From the human T2T-CHM13v2.0 reference genome, Homo sapiens, in NCBI RefSeq assembly GCF_009914755.1, contig NC_060940.1: DNA of 64,000 nt. One strand, 5' to 3'. Position 1 is the first letter of the stretch. The number at the start of each line of letters is the position of its first letter. The notes under the pieces were generated by a model, which searched no databases, was not told where the DNA came from, and saw nothing but the letters and a program-made list of their open reading frames with translations. Positions 33,201-47,153 of the stretch are shown piece after piece. The position numbers and the translations under genes were made by a program.

Positions 33201-34509
33201 AAATCCTCTTTTTGTAGAATCTGTAAATAGAATATTGGAGAGCTTTGAAGCCTATGGTGAAAAAGGAAATGTCTTCACATAAAAACTAGACAGAATCATT
33301 TTCTGAAACTTCTTTGTGATGTGTGTACTCAACTCATATAGTTGAACCTTTATTTTGATACAGCACTGTTGAAACACTCTTTTGTAGAATCTGCAAGTGG
33401 ATATTTGGATAGCTTTGAGGATTTCGTTGGAAACCTGAATAGCTTCACATAAAAACTAGACAGAAGCATTCTCAGAAACTTCTTGGTGATGCTTGCATTC
33501 AACTCACAGAGTTGAAAATTCATTTACATAGAGCAGTTTTGAAACACTCTTTTTGTAGAATCTGTAACTGGAAACTTGGAGTGCTTTGAGACCTATGGTG
33601 AAAAAGGCAACATCTTCCCATAAAAACTAGACAGAAGAATTCTCAGAAACTTCTTTGTGATGTGTGTACTCAACTCAAAGAGCAGAATTTTTCTTTTGAT
33701 ACAGCAGTTTGGAAACATTCTTTTTGGAGAGTCTGCAAGTGGATATTTGGATAGCTTTGAGGATTTCGTTGGAATCGAGAATATCTTCACATGAAAACTA
33801 GAAAGAAGCATTCTCAGAAAATTCTTTGTGATGTTTGCCTTCAACTCACAGAGCTGAACATTGCCTGTCATAGAGCACTTTTCAAGCACTCTTTTTGTAG
33901 TATCTGGAAGTGGACATTTGGTGCGCTTTGAGGCCAATGCTGAAAAAGGAAATATCTTCACATAAAAACTAGACAGAAGCATTCTCAGAAACTACTTTGT
34001 GATGTGTGTACTCAACTCACAAAATTGATCCTTTCTTTTTATACAGCAGTTTTGAAACACTCTTTTTGTAGAAAATGCAAGTGGATATTTGATAGCTTTG
34101 AAGCTTTCATTGGAAAAGGGAATGTCTTCACATAAAAACTAGACAGAAGCATTCTCAGAAACGTCTTTGCGAAGCTTGCATTCAACTCACAGATTTGATC
34201 ATTCCTTTTAATAGAGCAGTTTAGAAAAACTCTTTTTGTATAATCTGTAAGTGGAAACTTGGAGAGTTTTGAGGCCTATGGTGAAAAAGGAAATATCTTC
34301 CCATAAATCTAGACAGAAGAATTCTCAGAAACTCCTTTGTGATATGTGCACTCAACTCAGAGTTGAACTTTTCTTTTGATAGAGCAGTTTTGAAACACTC
34401 TTTTTATAGAGTCTACAAGTGGATATTGGGATAGATTTGAGGCTTTGGCTGGAAACGGTAATATCTTCACATGAAAACTAAACAGAAGCATTCTCAGAAA
34501 CTTCTTTGT

Positions 34510-35866
34510 GATGTTTGCATTCAACTCACAGAATTGAACATTCCCTTTCAAAGAACAATTTTGAAACACTCTTTTTGTGGTATCTGGAAGTGTACATTTG
34601 GAGCCCTTTGAGACCTATGGTGAAAAAGGAAATATCTTCACATAAAAACTAGACAGAAGCATTCTCAGAAACTTCTTTGTGATGTGTGTACTCAACTTAC
34701 GGAGTTGATCCTTTCTTTTGATACAGCAGTTTTGAAACACTCTTTTGTATAATCTGCGTCTGGATATTTGGATATCTTTGAGGCTTTCGTTAGAAACGGG
34801 ACTATCTTCACATAAAAAACTAGACAGAAGCATTCTCAGAAACTACTTTGTGATGCTTGCATTCAACTCACAGAGTTGAACATTCTTTTTCAGAGAGCAG
34901 TTTTGAAACTCTTTTTGAAGAATTTGTAAGTGGAAATATTTAGCGCTTGGAGGCCTATGGTGAAAAAGGAAATATGTTCCCTTAAAACCAGAGAGAAAAA
35001 TTCTCAGAAACTTCTTTGTGATATGTGTTCACCACCCACAGAGTGGAACTTTTCTTTTGATAGAGCAGTTTTTAGACTCTCTTTTTGTAGAGTCTGAAAG
35101 TGGATATTTAGATAGCTTTGAGGATTTCGTTGGAAACTGGAATATCTTCACATAAAGTAGACAGAAGCACTCTCAGAAACTTCTTTAGGATGTTTGCATT
35201 CAACTCACAGAATTGAACATTCCCTTTCAAAGAACAATTTTGAAACACTCTTTTTGTGGTATCTGGAAGTGGACATTTGGAGCCCTTTGAGACCTATGGT
35301 GAAAAAGGAAATATCTTCACATAAAAACTAGACAGAAGCATTCTCAGAAACTTCTTTGTGATGTGTGTACTCAACTTACAGAGTTGATCCTTTCTTTTGA
35401 TACAGCAGTTTTGAAACACTCTTTTGTATAATCTGCGTCTGGATATTTGGATATCTTTGAGGCTTTCGTTGGAAACGGGACTATCTTCACATAAAAACTA
35501 GACAGAAGCATTCTCAGAAACTACTTTGTGATGCTTGCATTCAACTCACAGAGTTGAACATTCCTTTTCAGAGAGCAGTTTTGAAACTCTTTTTGAAGAA
35601 TCTGTAAGTGGAAATATTTAGCGCTTGGAGGCCTATGGTGAAAAAGGAAATATGTTCCCTTAAAACCAGAGAGAAAAATTCTCAGAAACTTCTTTGTGAT
35701 ATGTGTTCACCACTCACAGAGTGGAACTTTTCTTTTGATAGAGCAGTTTTTAAACTCTCTTTTTGTAGAGTCTGAAAGTGGATATTTAGATAGCTTTGAG
35801 GATTTCGTTGGAAACTGGAATATCTTCACATAAAGTAGACAGAAGCACTCTCAGAAACTACTTTGG
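34510..35866 (+). repeat. Tandem duplication of a 4-monomer unit (679/678 bp)
   Basis: 34510-35188 and 35189-35866 share private variants (TTTCAAAGAACAATTTT, TATAATCTGCGTCTGG, GGGACTATC, CCTTAAAACCAGAGAGAAAAA, CATAAAGTAGAC), with about 10 differences by eye. Confidence 0.93.
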
Positions 35867-36033
35867 GATGTTTGCATTCAACTCACGGAGTTAAACATTC
35901 CCTTTCATAGAGCAGTTTTGAAATACTCTTTCTCTAGTATCTGGAAGTGGACATTTTGTGCGCTTTGAGGCCAATGTTGAAAAAGGAAATATCTTCCCAT
36001 AAAAACTAGACGGAAGCATTCTCAAAACCTTCA

Positions 36034-37126
36034 TTTTTTTATGATTTGAAATGATTTATTTTGTACATTTATATATGGGATCTCAAATTTTCATAATTTA
36101 TTAATATATTTAGGTTACATATTTTCTTTTACTTTTCTTTTTTTTTTCTTTTATTATTATACTTTAAGTTTTAGGGTACATGTGCACATTGTGAAGTTTA
36201 GTTACATATGTATACATTTGCCACGCTGGTGCACTGCACCCACTAACTCCTCATCTAGCATTAGGTATATCTCCCAATGCTATCCCTCCCCCCTCTCCCC
36301 ACCCCACAACAGTCCCCAGAGTGTGATATTCCCCTTCCTGTGTCCATGTGATCTCATTGTTCAATTCCCACCTAAGAGTGAGAATACGCGGTGTTTGGTT
36401 TTTTGTTCTTGCAATACTTTACTGAGAATGATGATTTCCAATTTCATCCATGTCCCTACAAATGACATGAACTCATCATTTTTTATGGCTGCATAGTATT
36501 CCATGGTGTATATGTGCCACATTTTCTTAATCCAGTCTATCATTGTTGGACATTTGGGTTGGTTCCAGGTCTTTGCTATTGTGAATAGTGCCACAATAGA
36601 CATACGTGTGCATGTGTCTTTATAGCAGCATGATTTATACTCCTTTGGGTATATACCCAGTAATGGGATGGCTGGGTCAAATGGTATTTCTAGTTCTAGA
36701 TCCCTGAGGAATCACCACACTGACTTCCACAAGGGTTGAACTAGTTTACAGTCTCACCAACAGTGTAAAAGTGTTCCTATTCCTCCACATCCTCTCCAGC
36801 ACCTGTTTTTTCCTGACTTTTTAATGATTGCCATTCTAACTTGTGTGAGATGGTATCTCATTGTGGTTTTGATTTACATTTCTCTGATGGCCAGTGATGA
36901 TGAGCATTTTTTCATGTGTTTTTTGGCTGCATAAATGTCTTCTTTTGAGAAGTGTCTGTTCATGTCCTTAGCCCACTTTTTGATGGGGTTGTTTGTTTTT
37001 TTCTTGTAAATTTGTTTGAGTTCATTGTAGATTATGGATATTAGCCCTTTGTCAGATGAGTAGGTTGCAAAAATTTTCTCCCATTTTGCAGGTTGCCTGT
37101 TCACTCTGATGGTAGTTTCTTTTGCT
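36034..37126 (-). mobile_element. 5'-truncated L1 (L1PA2-like, ~1 kb) with ~90-bp 3' transduction; no TSD
   Basis: L1 3' end TTATTATTATACTTTAAG at ~36151, degenerate poly-T 36122-36152, unique AT-rich tag 36041-36121, second T7 at 36034-36040. ORF2 C-terminal peptides (36361..36603, 36874..37126). GAG at the Ta-diagnostic site. Confidence 0.93.
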
Positions 37127-40100
37127 AATACTGCAATTTTCAAACATTCTTTTTATAGTATCTGGACGTGTACATTTCATGCCCTTTGAGACAAATGGTG
37201 AAAAAGGAAATGTCTTCACATAAAAACTAGACAGAAGCATTCTCAGAAACCACTTTGTGATGTCTGTACTGAACTCACAGAGTTGCACCATTCTTTTGAT
37301 ACAGCAGTTTTCAAACACTCTTTTTGTAGAATCTGCAAGTGGATATTTGGATACCTTTGAGGTTTTCTTTGGAAATGGAAATATCTTCACATAAAAACTA
37401 GACAGAAGCATTCTCAGAAACTTCTTTGTGATGTTTACATTCAACTCACAGATTTGATCATTTGTTTTAATAGAACAGTTTTGAAACACTCTTTTTGTAG
37501 AATCTGTAAGTGGAAACTTGGAGAGCTTTGAGGCCTATGGTGAAAAAGGAAATATCTTCCCATAAAACTACACACAAGAATTCTCAGAAACTTCTTTGTG
37601 ATATGTGCACTCAACTCAGAGTTGAACTTTTCTTTTGATAGAGCAGTTTTGAAAAATTCTTTTTGTAGAATCTGCAAGTGGATATTTGGATAGCTTTGAG
37701 GATATCGTTGGAAACGGGAATATCTTCACCTAAAAACTAGACAGATGCATTCTCAGAAACTTCTTGGTGATGTTTGCATTCAACTCACAGACTTGAACAT
37801 TCCCTTGCATAGAGCAATTTTGAAACACTCTTTTTGTAGTATCTGGAATTGGACATTTGGAGCCCTTTGAGACCTATGGTGAAAAAGGAAATATCTTCAC
37901 ATAAAAACTAGACAGAAGCATTCTCAGAAACTTCTTTATGATGTGTGTACTCAACTTACAGAGTTGATTCTTTCTTTTGATACAGCAGTTCTGAAACACT
38001 CTTTTGTAGAATCTGCATGTGGATATTTGGATAGCTTTGAAGCTTTTGTTGGAAACGGGAATATCTTCACATAAAAACTAGACAGAAGCATTCTCAGAAA
38101 CTACTTTGTGATGCTAACATTCAACTCACAGCGTTGAACATTCCTTCTCAAAGAGCAGTTTTGAAACACTCTTTTTGAAGAATCTGTAAGTGGAAACATT
38201 TAGCGCTTTGAGGCCTATGGTGAAAAAGGAAATATGTTCCCTTTAAAATTAGACAGAAGAATTCTCAGAAACTTCTTCGTGATATGTGTACTCCACTTAC
38301 AGAGTTGAACTTTTCTTTTGATAGAGCAGTTTTGAAACACTCTTTTTGTAGAGTCTGCAAGTGGATATTTGGATAGCTTTGAGGATTTCATTGGAAACGG
38401 GAATATCTTCACATAAAAACTAGACAGAAGCATTTTCAGAAACTTCTTTGAGATGTTTGCATTCAACTCATAGAGTTGAACATTCTCTTTCATAGAGCAG
38501 TTTTGAAACACTCTTTTTGTAATATTTGAAATTGGACATTTGGAGTCCTTTGAGACCTATGGTGAAAAAGGAAATATCTTCACATAAAAACTAGACAGAA
38601 GCATTCTCAGAAACTTCTTTGTGATGTGTGTACTCAACTTACAGAGTTGATTCTTTCTTTTCATACAGCAGTTTGGAAACACTCTTCGTATAGAATTTAC
38701 AAGTGTATATTAGGACTTCATTATGCATTTCGTTGGAAACGGGAATATCTACACATAAAACTAGACAGAAGCATTCTCAGAAACTTCTTTGTGATGTGTG
38801 CATTCAACTCACAGAGTTGAAACTTTCTTTTGATAGGGCAGATTGGAAACCCTCTTTTTGTATAATTTGCAAGTGGATATTTTGAAAGCTTTGAGTTCTT
38901 CGCTAGAACAATGTATATATTCACACAAAAACTAGACGGAAGCATTCTCTGAAACTTCTTTGTGATGCTTGCATTCAACTCACAGAGTAGAACAATCCTT
39001 TTTATAGAGCAGTTTTGAAACACTCTTTTTGTAGAATCTGTAAGAGGAAACTTGGAGCGCTTTGAGGCCTTTGGTGAAAAAGGAAATATCTTCCCATAAA
39101 AATTAGACAGAAGAATTCTCAGAAACTTCTTCATGATGTTTGCATTCAACTCACAGATTTGAACCTTTCTTTTGATACAGCAGGTTTGAAACACTGTTTT
39201 TGTAGGATCTGCAATTGGATATTTGGATAGCTCTGAGGCTTTCGCTGCAAACGGGAATATCTTCACATAAAAACTAGACAGAGGCATTCTCAGAAACTTC
39301 TTTATGATGCTTGCATTCAACTCACGGAGGTGAATATTCCTTTTCATAGAGCAGTTTTGAAACACTCTTTTTGTAGAATCTGTAAGTGGAAACTTGGAGC
39401 TCATTGATGCCTACGGTGAAAAACGAAATATCTTCCCATAAAAACTAGACTGAAGAATTCTCAGAAACTTCTTTGTGATGTGTGTACTCAACTCACAGAG
39501 TTGAACTTTTCTATTGATAGAGCAGTTTTGAAACACTCTTTTTGTTGAGTCTGCAAGTGGATATTTAGAGAGCTTTGAGGATTTCGTTGGAAACGGGAAT
39601 ATCTTTGCATAAAAATTAGACAGAAGCATTCTCAAAAACTTCTTTGTGATGTTTTCATTCAACTCACAGAGTTGAACAATCCCTGTCAAAGTGCAGTTTT
39701 GAAAAACTCTTTTTGTAGTATTTAGAGGTGGACATTTGGAGCGCTTTGTGGCTTATGGTAAAAAAGGAAATATTGTCACATAAAAACTAGACAGAAGCAT
39801 TCTGAGAAACTACTTTGTGATGTGTGTGCTCAACTCACAGAGTTGAACCTTCTTTTCATACAGCAGTTTTGAAACACTCTTTTTATAGAATCTGCAAGTG
39901 GATAATTGGATAGCTTTGAGGATTTTGATGGAAACGGGTATATCTTCACATAGAAAGTAGACAGAAGCATTCTCAGAAACCACTTGGCAATGTTTGCATT
40001 CAACTCACTGATTTGATCATTCCTTTTAATAGAGCAGTTTTGAAACAATCTTTTTGAAGAATCTGTAAGTGGGAACTTGGAGAGCTTTGAGGCTTATGGT

Positions 40101-43100
40101 GAAAAAGAATACATCTTCCCATAAAACTAGACAGAGGAATTCTCAGAAACTTCTTTGTGATGTGTGTACTCAACTCAGAGTTGAACTTTTCTTTTGATAG
40201 GTCAGGTTTGAAACACTCTTCTTGTAGAGTCTGCAAGTGGATATTTGGATAGTTTTGAGGATTTCGTTGGAAATGGGAATATCTTCACATAAAAACTAGA
40301 CAGAAGCATTCTCAGAAACTTCTTTGTGATGTTTGCATTCAAATCACAGATTTGCACGTTCCCTTTCATAGAGCAGTTTTGAAACACGCTTTTTGTAGTA
40401 TCTGGAAGTGGACATTTGGAGCCCTTTGAGACCTATGGTGAAGAACGAAATATCTTCACATAAAAACTAGACAGACGCATTCTCAGTAACTTCTTTTTGA
40501 TGTGTGTACTCAACTTACAGAGTTGATCCTCTCTTTTGATACAGCAGTTTTGAAACACTCTTTTGTACAATCTGCAAGAGGATATTTGGATAGTTTTGAG
40601 GCTTTCATTGGAAACAGGAATATCTTCCCACAAAAACTAGATGGAAGCTTTCTCAGAAACTTCTTTCTGATGCTCGCATTCAACTCACAGAGTTCAACAT
40701 TCCATTTCATAGAGCAGTTTTGAAACACTCTTTTTGGATAATCTGCAAGTGGACATTTGGAACGATTTGAGACCTATGTTGAAAAAGGAAATATCTTCCC
40801 ATAAAAAGTAGACAGAAGTATTCTCAAACACTACTTTGTGATGTGGGTACTCAACTCACAGAGTTAAACCTTTCCTTTGATGCAGCAGTTTTGAAACACT
40901 CTTTTTGTAGAATCTGTAAGTGGAAACTTGGAGAGCTTTGAGACCTATGGTGAAAAAGGAAATATCTTCCCATAAAAAGTAGACAGAGAAATTCTCAGAA
41001 ACTTCTTTCTGATGTGTGTAATCCACTCACAGATTTGATTGAACTTTTTATTTCATAGTGCAGTTTTGAAACACTCTTTTTGTAGTATCTGGAAGTGGAC
41101 ATTTGGAGTGCTTTGAGGCCTATGGTGAAAAAGGAAATCTCTTCCCATAAAAACTAGACAGAAGCATTCTCAGAAACTTGTTTTTGATGGGTGTACTCAA
41201 CTAACAGAGTTGACCCTTTCTTTTGATAGAGCAGTTTTGAAACACTCTTTTTGTAGAATCTGCTAGTAGATATTTGGATAGCTTTGAGTCTTTTGTTGGA
41301 AACGGGAATATCTTCACATAAAAACTAGACAGAAGCATTCATGGAAACTTCTTTGAGATTCTTGCATTCAACTCACAGAGTTGAACATTCGTTTCCTTAG
41401 AGCAGTTGTGAAACACTCTTTTTGTAGAATCTGCAAGTGGAAATTTGGTGCGCTTTGATTCATGTGCTGAAAAAGGAAGTATCTTCCCATAAAAGCTAGA
41501 GAGAAGAATTCTCAGAAACTTCTTTGTGATGTGTGTTCTCCACTCACAGAGTTGAGCTTTTCTTTTGATAGAACAGTTTTGAAACACTTTTTTTGTAGAG
41601 TATGCAAGTGGATATTTTGATAGCTGTGAGGATTTCGTTGGAAACAGGAATATATTCACATAAAAACTAGACAGAAGCATTCTCAAGAACTTCTTTATCA
41701 TGTTTGCTTTCAACTCACAGAGTTGAACATTCCCCTTCATTGTGCAGTTTTGAAACACTGTTTTTCTACTATCTGGAAGTGGACATTTGGAGCGCTTTGA
41801 TGCCTATGGTGAAAAAGGAAATGTCATCACATAAAAACTAGACAGAAGCATTCTCAGAAACTACTTTGTGATGTGTGTACTCAACACACAGAGTTGAACA
41901 TTTCTTTTCATACAGCAGTTTTGAAACTCACTTTTTGAAGAATCTGCAAGTTGATATTTGGATAGTTTTGAGGCTTTCGTTGGAAACGGGAATATCTTCA
42001 CCTAAAAACTAGACAGAAGCTTTCTCAGAAACTTCTTTGTGATGCTTGCATTCAACTCACGGAGTTGAACATTCCTTTGATAGAGCAGTTTTGAAACGCT
42101 CTTTTTGTAGAGTCTGCAAGTGGATATTTGGATTGCTTTGAGGATTTCATTGGAAACGGGAATATCTTCACATAAAAACTAGACAGAAGCATTCTCAGAA
42201 AAATCTTTGTGATGTTTGCATTCAACTGGCAGAGTTGAACATTCCCTATCATAGAGCAGTTTTGAAACACTCTTTTTGTAGTATCTGGAAGTGGACATTT
42301 GGAGCTCTTTGATGCCTTTGGTGAGAAAGGAAATGTCTTCACATAAGAACTATGCAGAAGCATTCTCAGAAACTACTTTGTGATGTGTGTACTCAACTCA
42401 CAGAGTTGAATATTTCTTTTGATACAACAGTTTTGAAACACTCTTTTTGCAGAATCTGCCAGTGGATATTTGGATAGCCATGAGGCTTTCATTGGAAACG
42501 GAAATATCTTCACATAAAAACTAGACAAGCATTCTCAGAAATTTTTGTGATGCTTGCATTCAACTCACAGATTTGAACATTCATTTTAATACAGCAGTTT
42601 TGAAAGACTCTTTTTGTAGAATCTGTAAGTGGAAACTTGGAGAGCTTTGAGGTCTATGGTGAAAAAGAAATATCTTCCCTGAAAAAGGAGAGAGAAGAAT
42701 TCACAGAAACTGCTTTGTGATGTGTGTACTCCACTCACATAATTGAACTTTTCCTTTGATAGAGCAGTTTTGAAACACTCTTTTTTTAGAGTCTGCAAGT
42801 GGATATTTGGATAGCTTTGAGGATTTCTTTGAAAACGGAAATATCTTCACATAAAAACTTGACAGAAGCATTCTCAGAAACATCGTTGTCATGTTTGCAT
42901 TCAACTCACAGAGTGGAACATTCCCTATCATAGAGCAGTTTTGAAACACTCTTTTTATAGTATCTGGAAGTGGACATTTGGAGCACTTTGAGGCCTAAGG
43001 TGAAAAAGGATATATCTTCACATCAAAACTAGACAGAAGCATTCTCAGAAACTACTTTGTGATGTGTGTTCTCAGCTAACAGAGTTGAACATTTCTTTTC

Positions 43101-43436
43101 ATACAGCAGTTTTGAAACATTCTTTTTGTAGATCCTGCAAGTGGATATTTGTATACCTTTGAGGCTTTCGTTGGAAACCGGAATATCTTCACATATAAAC
43201 TATATAGAAGCATACTCTGAAACTTCTTTTTGATGTTTCGATTCAACTCACAGAGGTGCACATGCCCTTTCATAGAGCAGTTCTGAAACACTCTTTTTGT
43301 AGTATCTGGAAGGGGACACTTTGTGCACTTTGGGCCTATGCTGAAAAAGGAAATATCTTCACGTAAAAACTAGGTAGAAGCTTTCTCAGGAACTTCTTTG
43401 TGATGCTTGCATTCAACTCAAAGGTTTGAACATTCC

Positions 43437-43916
43437 TTTTTTTTTTTTTTTTTTATACTCTAAGTTTTAGGGTACATGTGCATATTGTGCAGGTTAGTTA
43501 CATATGTATACATGTGCCATGCTGGTGCGCTGCACCCACTAATGTGTCATCTAGCATTAGGTATATCTCCCAATGCTATCCCTCCCCCCTCCCCCGACCC
43601 CACCACAGTCCCCAGAGTGTGATATTCCCCTTCCTGTGTCCATGTGATCTCATTGTTCAGTTCCCACCTATGAGTGAGAATATGCGGTGTTTGGTTTTTT
43701 GTTCTTGCGATAGTTTACTGAGAATGATGGTTTCCAATTTCATCCATGTCCCTACAAAGGATATGAACTCATCATTTTTTATGGCTGCATAGTATTCCAT
43801 GGTGTATATGTGCCACATTTTCTTAATCCAGTCTATCATTGTTGGACATTTGGGTTGGTTCCAAGTCTTTGCTATTGTGAATAGTGCCGCAATAAACATA
43901 CGTGTGCATGTGTCTT
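43437..43916 (-). mobile_element. 5'-truncated L1HS-Ta (~480 bp), no TSD
   Basis: Poly-T 43437-43454. Sense GATGACACATTAGTGGG (ACA diagnostic), CTTAGAGTAT (G6015 diagnostic), GAAACCATC; CpGs retained. The Ta-0/Ta-1 site lies upstream of the truncation, so it cannot be resolved. Confidence 0.95.
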
Positions 43917-46900
43917 GAGCAGTTTTGAAACGCTCTTATTGTAGAATCTGTAAGTGGAAAGTTGGAGAGCTTTCAGACCTATGGTGAAAAAGGAAATATC
44001 TTCCCATTAAAACTAGACAGAAGAATTCTCAGAAACTTCTCTGTGATGTGTGTACTTACCTCACAGATTTGAACATTTCTTTGGATAGAGCAGTTTCGAA
44101 ACACTCTTTTTGTAGAGTCTGCATGTGGATATTTGGATAGCTTTGAGGATTTCGTTGGAAGCGGGAATGTCGTCACATAAAAACTGGACAGAAACATTCT
44201 CCGAAACTCCTTTGTGATGTTTCAATTCAACTCGCAGAGTTGAACATGCCCTTTAATAGAGCAGTTCTGAAACACTCTTTTTGTGGTGTCTGGAAGGGGA
44301 CACTTGGTGCGCTTTTGGGCCTATGGTAAAAAAGGAAATATCTTCATGTAAAAACTAGACAGAAGCATTCTCAGAAACTTCTTTGTGATGTGTGTACTCA
44401 ACTCACGGAGTTGAACCTTTCTTTTGATACAGCAGTATTGCAACCCTGCTTTTGTAGTATCTGCAAGTGGATATTTTGTTAGCTTTGAGGCTTTCGTAGG
44501 ACACGGGAATATCTTCTCATAAAAACTAAACAGAAGCATTCTCAGAAACTTCTTTGTGATGCTTGCGTTCAACACACAGAGTTGACCATTCCTTTTCATA
44601 GAACAGTTTTAAAACACTCTTTTTGAAGTATCTGTAAGTGGAAGTTTGGAGCGCTTTGAGGCCTATGTTGAAAAAGGAAATATTTTCCCATAAAAACTAG
44701 ACAGAAAAATTCTCACAAACTTCTTTGTGATGTGGGTTCTCAACTCACAGAGTTGATCTTTTCTTTTGATAGAGCAGTTTTGAAACACTAGTTTTGTAGA
44801 GTCTGCAAGTGGATGTATGGATAGCTTTGAGGATTTCTTTGGAAAAGGGAATATCTTCACATAAAAACTAGGCAGAAGCATTCTCAGAAACTTCTTTGTG
44901 ATGTTTGGACTCAACTCACTGAGTTGAATATTCCCTTTCATAGAGCAGTTTTTAAATACTCTTTTTGTAGTATCTGGAAGTGGACATTTGGTGTGCTTTG
45001 AGGCCTATGGTGAAAAAGGAAATAGCTTCATATAAAAGCTAGACAGAAGCATTCTCAGAAACTTCTTTATGATGTGTATACTCAACTCACAGGGTTGAAC
45101 TTTTCTTTTGATACAGTAGTTTTGAAGCACTCTTTTTGTAGAATCTTCAAGTGGATATTTGGATAGCTTTGAGGCTTTTGTTGGAAACGGGAATATCTTC
45201 ACATAAAAACTAGACAGAAACATTCTCAGAAACTACTTTGTGATACTTGCATTCAACTCACAGAGTTGAACATTCCTTTTCATAGAGCAGTTTTGAAACA
45301 CTCGTTTTGAAGAATCTGTAAGTTGAAATTTTAGTGCTTTGAGGCCTATGGTGAAAAAGAAATATCTTCCCATAAAAACTAGACAGAAGAATGCTCAGAA
45401 ACTTCTTTGTGATATTTGTACTCCACTCACAGTGTTGAAACTTTCTTTTGATACAGCAGTTCTGAAATACTCTTTTTGTAGAATCTGCAAGTTGATATTA
45501 GGATAGTTTTGAGGCTTTTGTTGGATACGGGAATATCTTCACATAAAAACTAGACAGAAACATTCTCAGAGACTTCTTTGCGATGTTTGCATTCATCTGA
45601 CAGAGTTGAACATTCCCTATCATAGAAAAGTTTTAAAACACTCTTTTTGTAGTATCTGGAAGTGGACATTTGGAGCACTTTGAGGCCTATGGTGAAAAAG
45701 GTAATATCTTCACATGAAAACTAGACAGAAGCATTCTCAGAATCTACTTTGTGATGTGTGTACTCAACTCACAGAGTTGAACATTTCTTTTGATACAGCA
45801 GTTTTGAAACATTCTTTTTGTAGAATCTGCAAGTGGATATTTGGATAGCCTTGAGGCTTTCTTTGGAAACGGGAGTATCTTCACATAAAAACTAGACAGA
45901 AGTATTCTCAGAAACATCTTTGTGATGCTTGCATTCAACTCACAGAGTTGAACATTCCTTTTCATAGAGCAGTTTTGAAACACTCTTTTTGAAGTATCTG
46001 CAAGTGGAAATTTTAGCACTTTGAGGCCTATGGTGAAAAAGGAAATATCTTGACATAAAAACTAGACAGAAGCATTCTCAGAAACTTCTTTTTGATATGT
46101 GTACTCAACTCACAGTGTTGAACATTTCTTTTGATACAGCGGTTTTGAAACTCTCTTTTTGTAGAATCTGCAAGATGATATTAGGATAACTTTGAGGCTT
46201 TTGTTGGAAACGGGAATATCTTCACATAAAAACTAGACAGAAGCATTCTCTGAAACTTCTTTGTGATGTTTCGATTCAACTCACAGACTTAAACATGCCC
46301 TTTCATAGAGCAGTTCTGAAACACTCTTTTTGTAGTATCTGGAAGGGGACACTTGGTGCGCTTTTGGGCCTATGGTGAAAAAGGAAATATCTTCACGTAA
46401 AAACTAGACAGAAGCATTCTCAGAAACTTCTTTGTGATGTGTGTACTCAACTCACGGAGTTGAACTTTTCTTTTGATAGAGCCGTAGTGAAACACTCTTT
46501 TTGTAGTATCTGCAAGTGGATATTTTGTTAGCTTTGAGGCTTTCGTTGGAAACGGGAATATCTTCTCATAAAAACTAAACAGAAGCATTCTCAGAAACTT
46601 CTTTGTGATGCTTGCATTGAACTCACAGAGTTGAACATTCCTTTTCATAGAGCACTTTTGAAACACTCTTTTTGTAGAATCTGCAAGTGGAAGCTTGGAG
46701 CGCTTTGAGGCCTATGGTGAAATAGGAAATATCTTCCCATAAAAACTAGACAGAAGAATTCTCACAAACTTCTTTGTGATGTGTGTTCTCAACTCACAGA
46801 GTTGATCTTTTCTTTTGATAGAGTAGTTTTGAAATACTGGTTTTGTAGGGTCTGCAAGTGGATATATGGATAGCTTTGAGGATTTCTTTGTAAAACGGAA

Positions 46901-47153
46901 TATCTTCTCCTTAAAGCTAGACAGAAGCATTCTCAGAAACTTCTTTGTGATGTTTGGACTCAACTCACAGAGTTGAATATTCCCTTTCATAGAATAGTTT
47001 TGAAACACACTTTTTGTAGTATCTGAGAGTGGACATTTGGTGTGCTTTGAGGCCTACAGTGAAAAAGGAAATATCTTCACATAAAAACTAGACAGAAGCA
47101 TTCTCAGAAACTTCTTTATGATGTATGTACTCAACTCACAGTGTTGAACATTT

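Noticed and set aside
36034-37126. Possibility that this fragment (or those at 2.4 kb or 43.4 kb) is the missing 3' end of the large L1
   Set aside because: None starts at the large L1's breakpoint (a gap of several hundred bp of L1). Each has its own insertion hallmarks, and the 43.4-kb copy is a younger subfamily.
41030-41045. 4-bp TTGA duplication in one monomer
   Set aside because: Ordinary slippage indel with no wider pattern.
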